Part shown: positions 63,294 to 64,000 of the stretch, one piece after another
Position numbering within the stretch: the stretch's first letter is position 1
Layout of the letters: every line of letters starts with the position of its first letter
Source: a virus
Taxonomy: Duplodnaviria > Caudoviricetes
Strand: one strand, 5' to 3'
Length of the DNA: 64,000 nucleotides
Virus record (IMG/VR): IMGVR_UViG_2558860250_000001
Location: 1-64,000 of that record
Program-made: the position numbers and the translations under genes
The notes under the pieces: generated by a model
The model's database searches: none
Told to the model about the DNA's origin: nothing
The model's input: the letters and a program-made list of their open reading frames with translations, nothing else

Positions 63294-63922
63294 ACTTTCA
63301 TGCGCTCAATATCGCCATCCTTTGGCAACTCAACCATACTCAGTTTGCCACGGAACACGCAGCCAGTGTCGACATATAGTTGATCGTGTACTAGTATCAC
63401 GCCATCCACTGGTGTATGCCCGTGTACGTTAACCTTGTCAACACCAACAGGGAGTTCGTGGCGACCCCATAGCAAATCATCACGTGTTTGTTCTGACACG
63501 GGTGTATTTGGCGCCATGTGCGCGTGCGTGAATATGTAATGGTCGGTTTCGTGATATAGTGGCAATGTTTTAAACCACGCGACATACCTGTCCAACTCGT
63601 ACATATACCCTTCAAACGCGTCCAATGTCGACCATCCGCCGTTCTGAACCCACAATTGCATGTCTAAGTATCCATCGAGTTGATTACGTGGTGATAGGGC
63701 ATTGATACACATGTCCTCGTGATTACCAGGGAGACAAATGGCACCATCCTTCTTTAGTTGTACGACACGCTGCAAGACATCGCGCACACGTGGCCCACGG
63801 TCAATGTAATCGCCAAGGAGAACCAATTGGTCGCAATCTGGATTGTAATTTGATTCGAGCAATATGGCGTCAAATTGGTCATAACATCCGTGTATATCCG
63901 ATAGAGCGAGTAGTCGTCCCAT
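63278..63922 (-). CDS. Calcineurin-like metallophosphoesterase (Ser/Thr phosphatase type)
   Basis: SDIHG, LGDYIDRG, GNHE, HA, HGHT, DTG. Confidence 0.93.
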   Translation of the reverse strand: MGRLLALSDIHGCYDQFDAILLESNYNPDCDQLVLLGDYIDRGPRVRDVLQRVVQLKKDGAICLPGNHEDMCINALSPRNQLDGYLDMQLWVQNGGWSTLDAFEGYMYELDRYVAWFKTLPLYHETDHYIFTHAHMAPNTPVSEQTRDDLLWGRHELPVGVDKVNVHGHTPVDGVILVHDQLYVDTGCVFRGKLSMVELPKDGDIERMKVWDVY

Positions 63923-64000
63923 TTATTCATCTCCTTTTGAATGTTTGATCGTCCCATCCCATTCATTAAATTTGCGCTTAGAAAAGTTGATTAAATTGTC

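Overview
The whole window looks like part of one tailed-phage genome with a contractile tail, infecting a spore-forming Bacillota host (inferred from strong SD sequences, SigA-type promoters, a Bacillus-type LexA box and a SigF/SigG-like promoter). No host housekeeping genes or att junctions are visible. From 105 to 27.6 kb on the minus strand lies the virion operon: portal fused to a MuF-like domain, TerS, protease/scaffold, capsid, neck, sheath, tube, a frameshifting chaperone, TMP, baseplate, fibres and a lysis cassette with a multi-domain endolysin. At 28.3-29.1 kb is an ORF-free, highly structured RNA locus: a candidate ~480-nt ornate ncRNA followed by a degenerate tRNA-Glu. A sigma-region-4-like regulator, TerL and a ClpP homologue occupy 29.1-34.1 kb. 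At 35.2-43.3 kb are a Xer-like recombinase, a DUF262 protein and a module of ParM/ParR, a pilin-like protein, an M23 peptidase and a VirD4/HerA-like ATPase. This module also contains a forespore-type promoter driving two unannotated membrane peptides. From 43.5 to 64 kb: HNH, thyX, an exoribonuclease, SLOG, a C5 methyltransferase, an array of monocistronic early genes, an SF2 helicase-like gene, many small hypotheticals, a frameshifted XRE regulator and a metallophosphoesterase. The two best candidates for an undescribed system are the large structured RNA and the putative sporulation-linked DNA partition/translocation module. All family calls come from motif recognition by eye; no database search was run.
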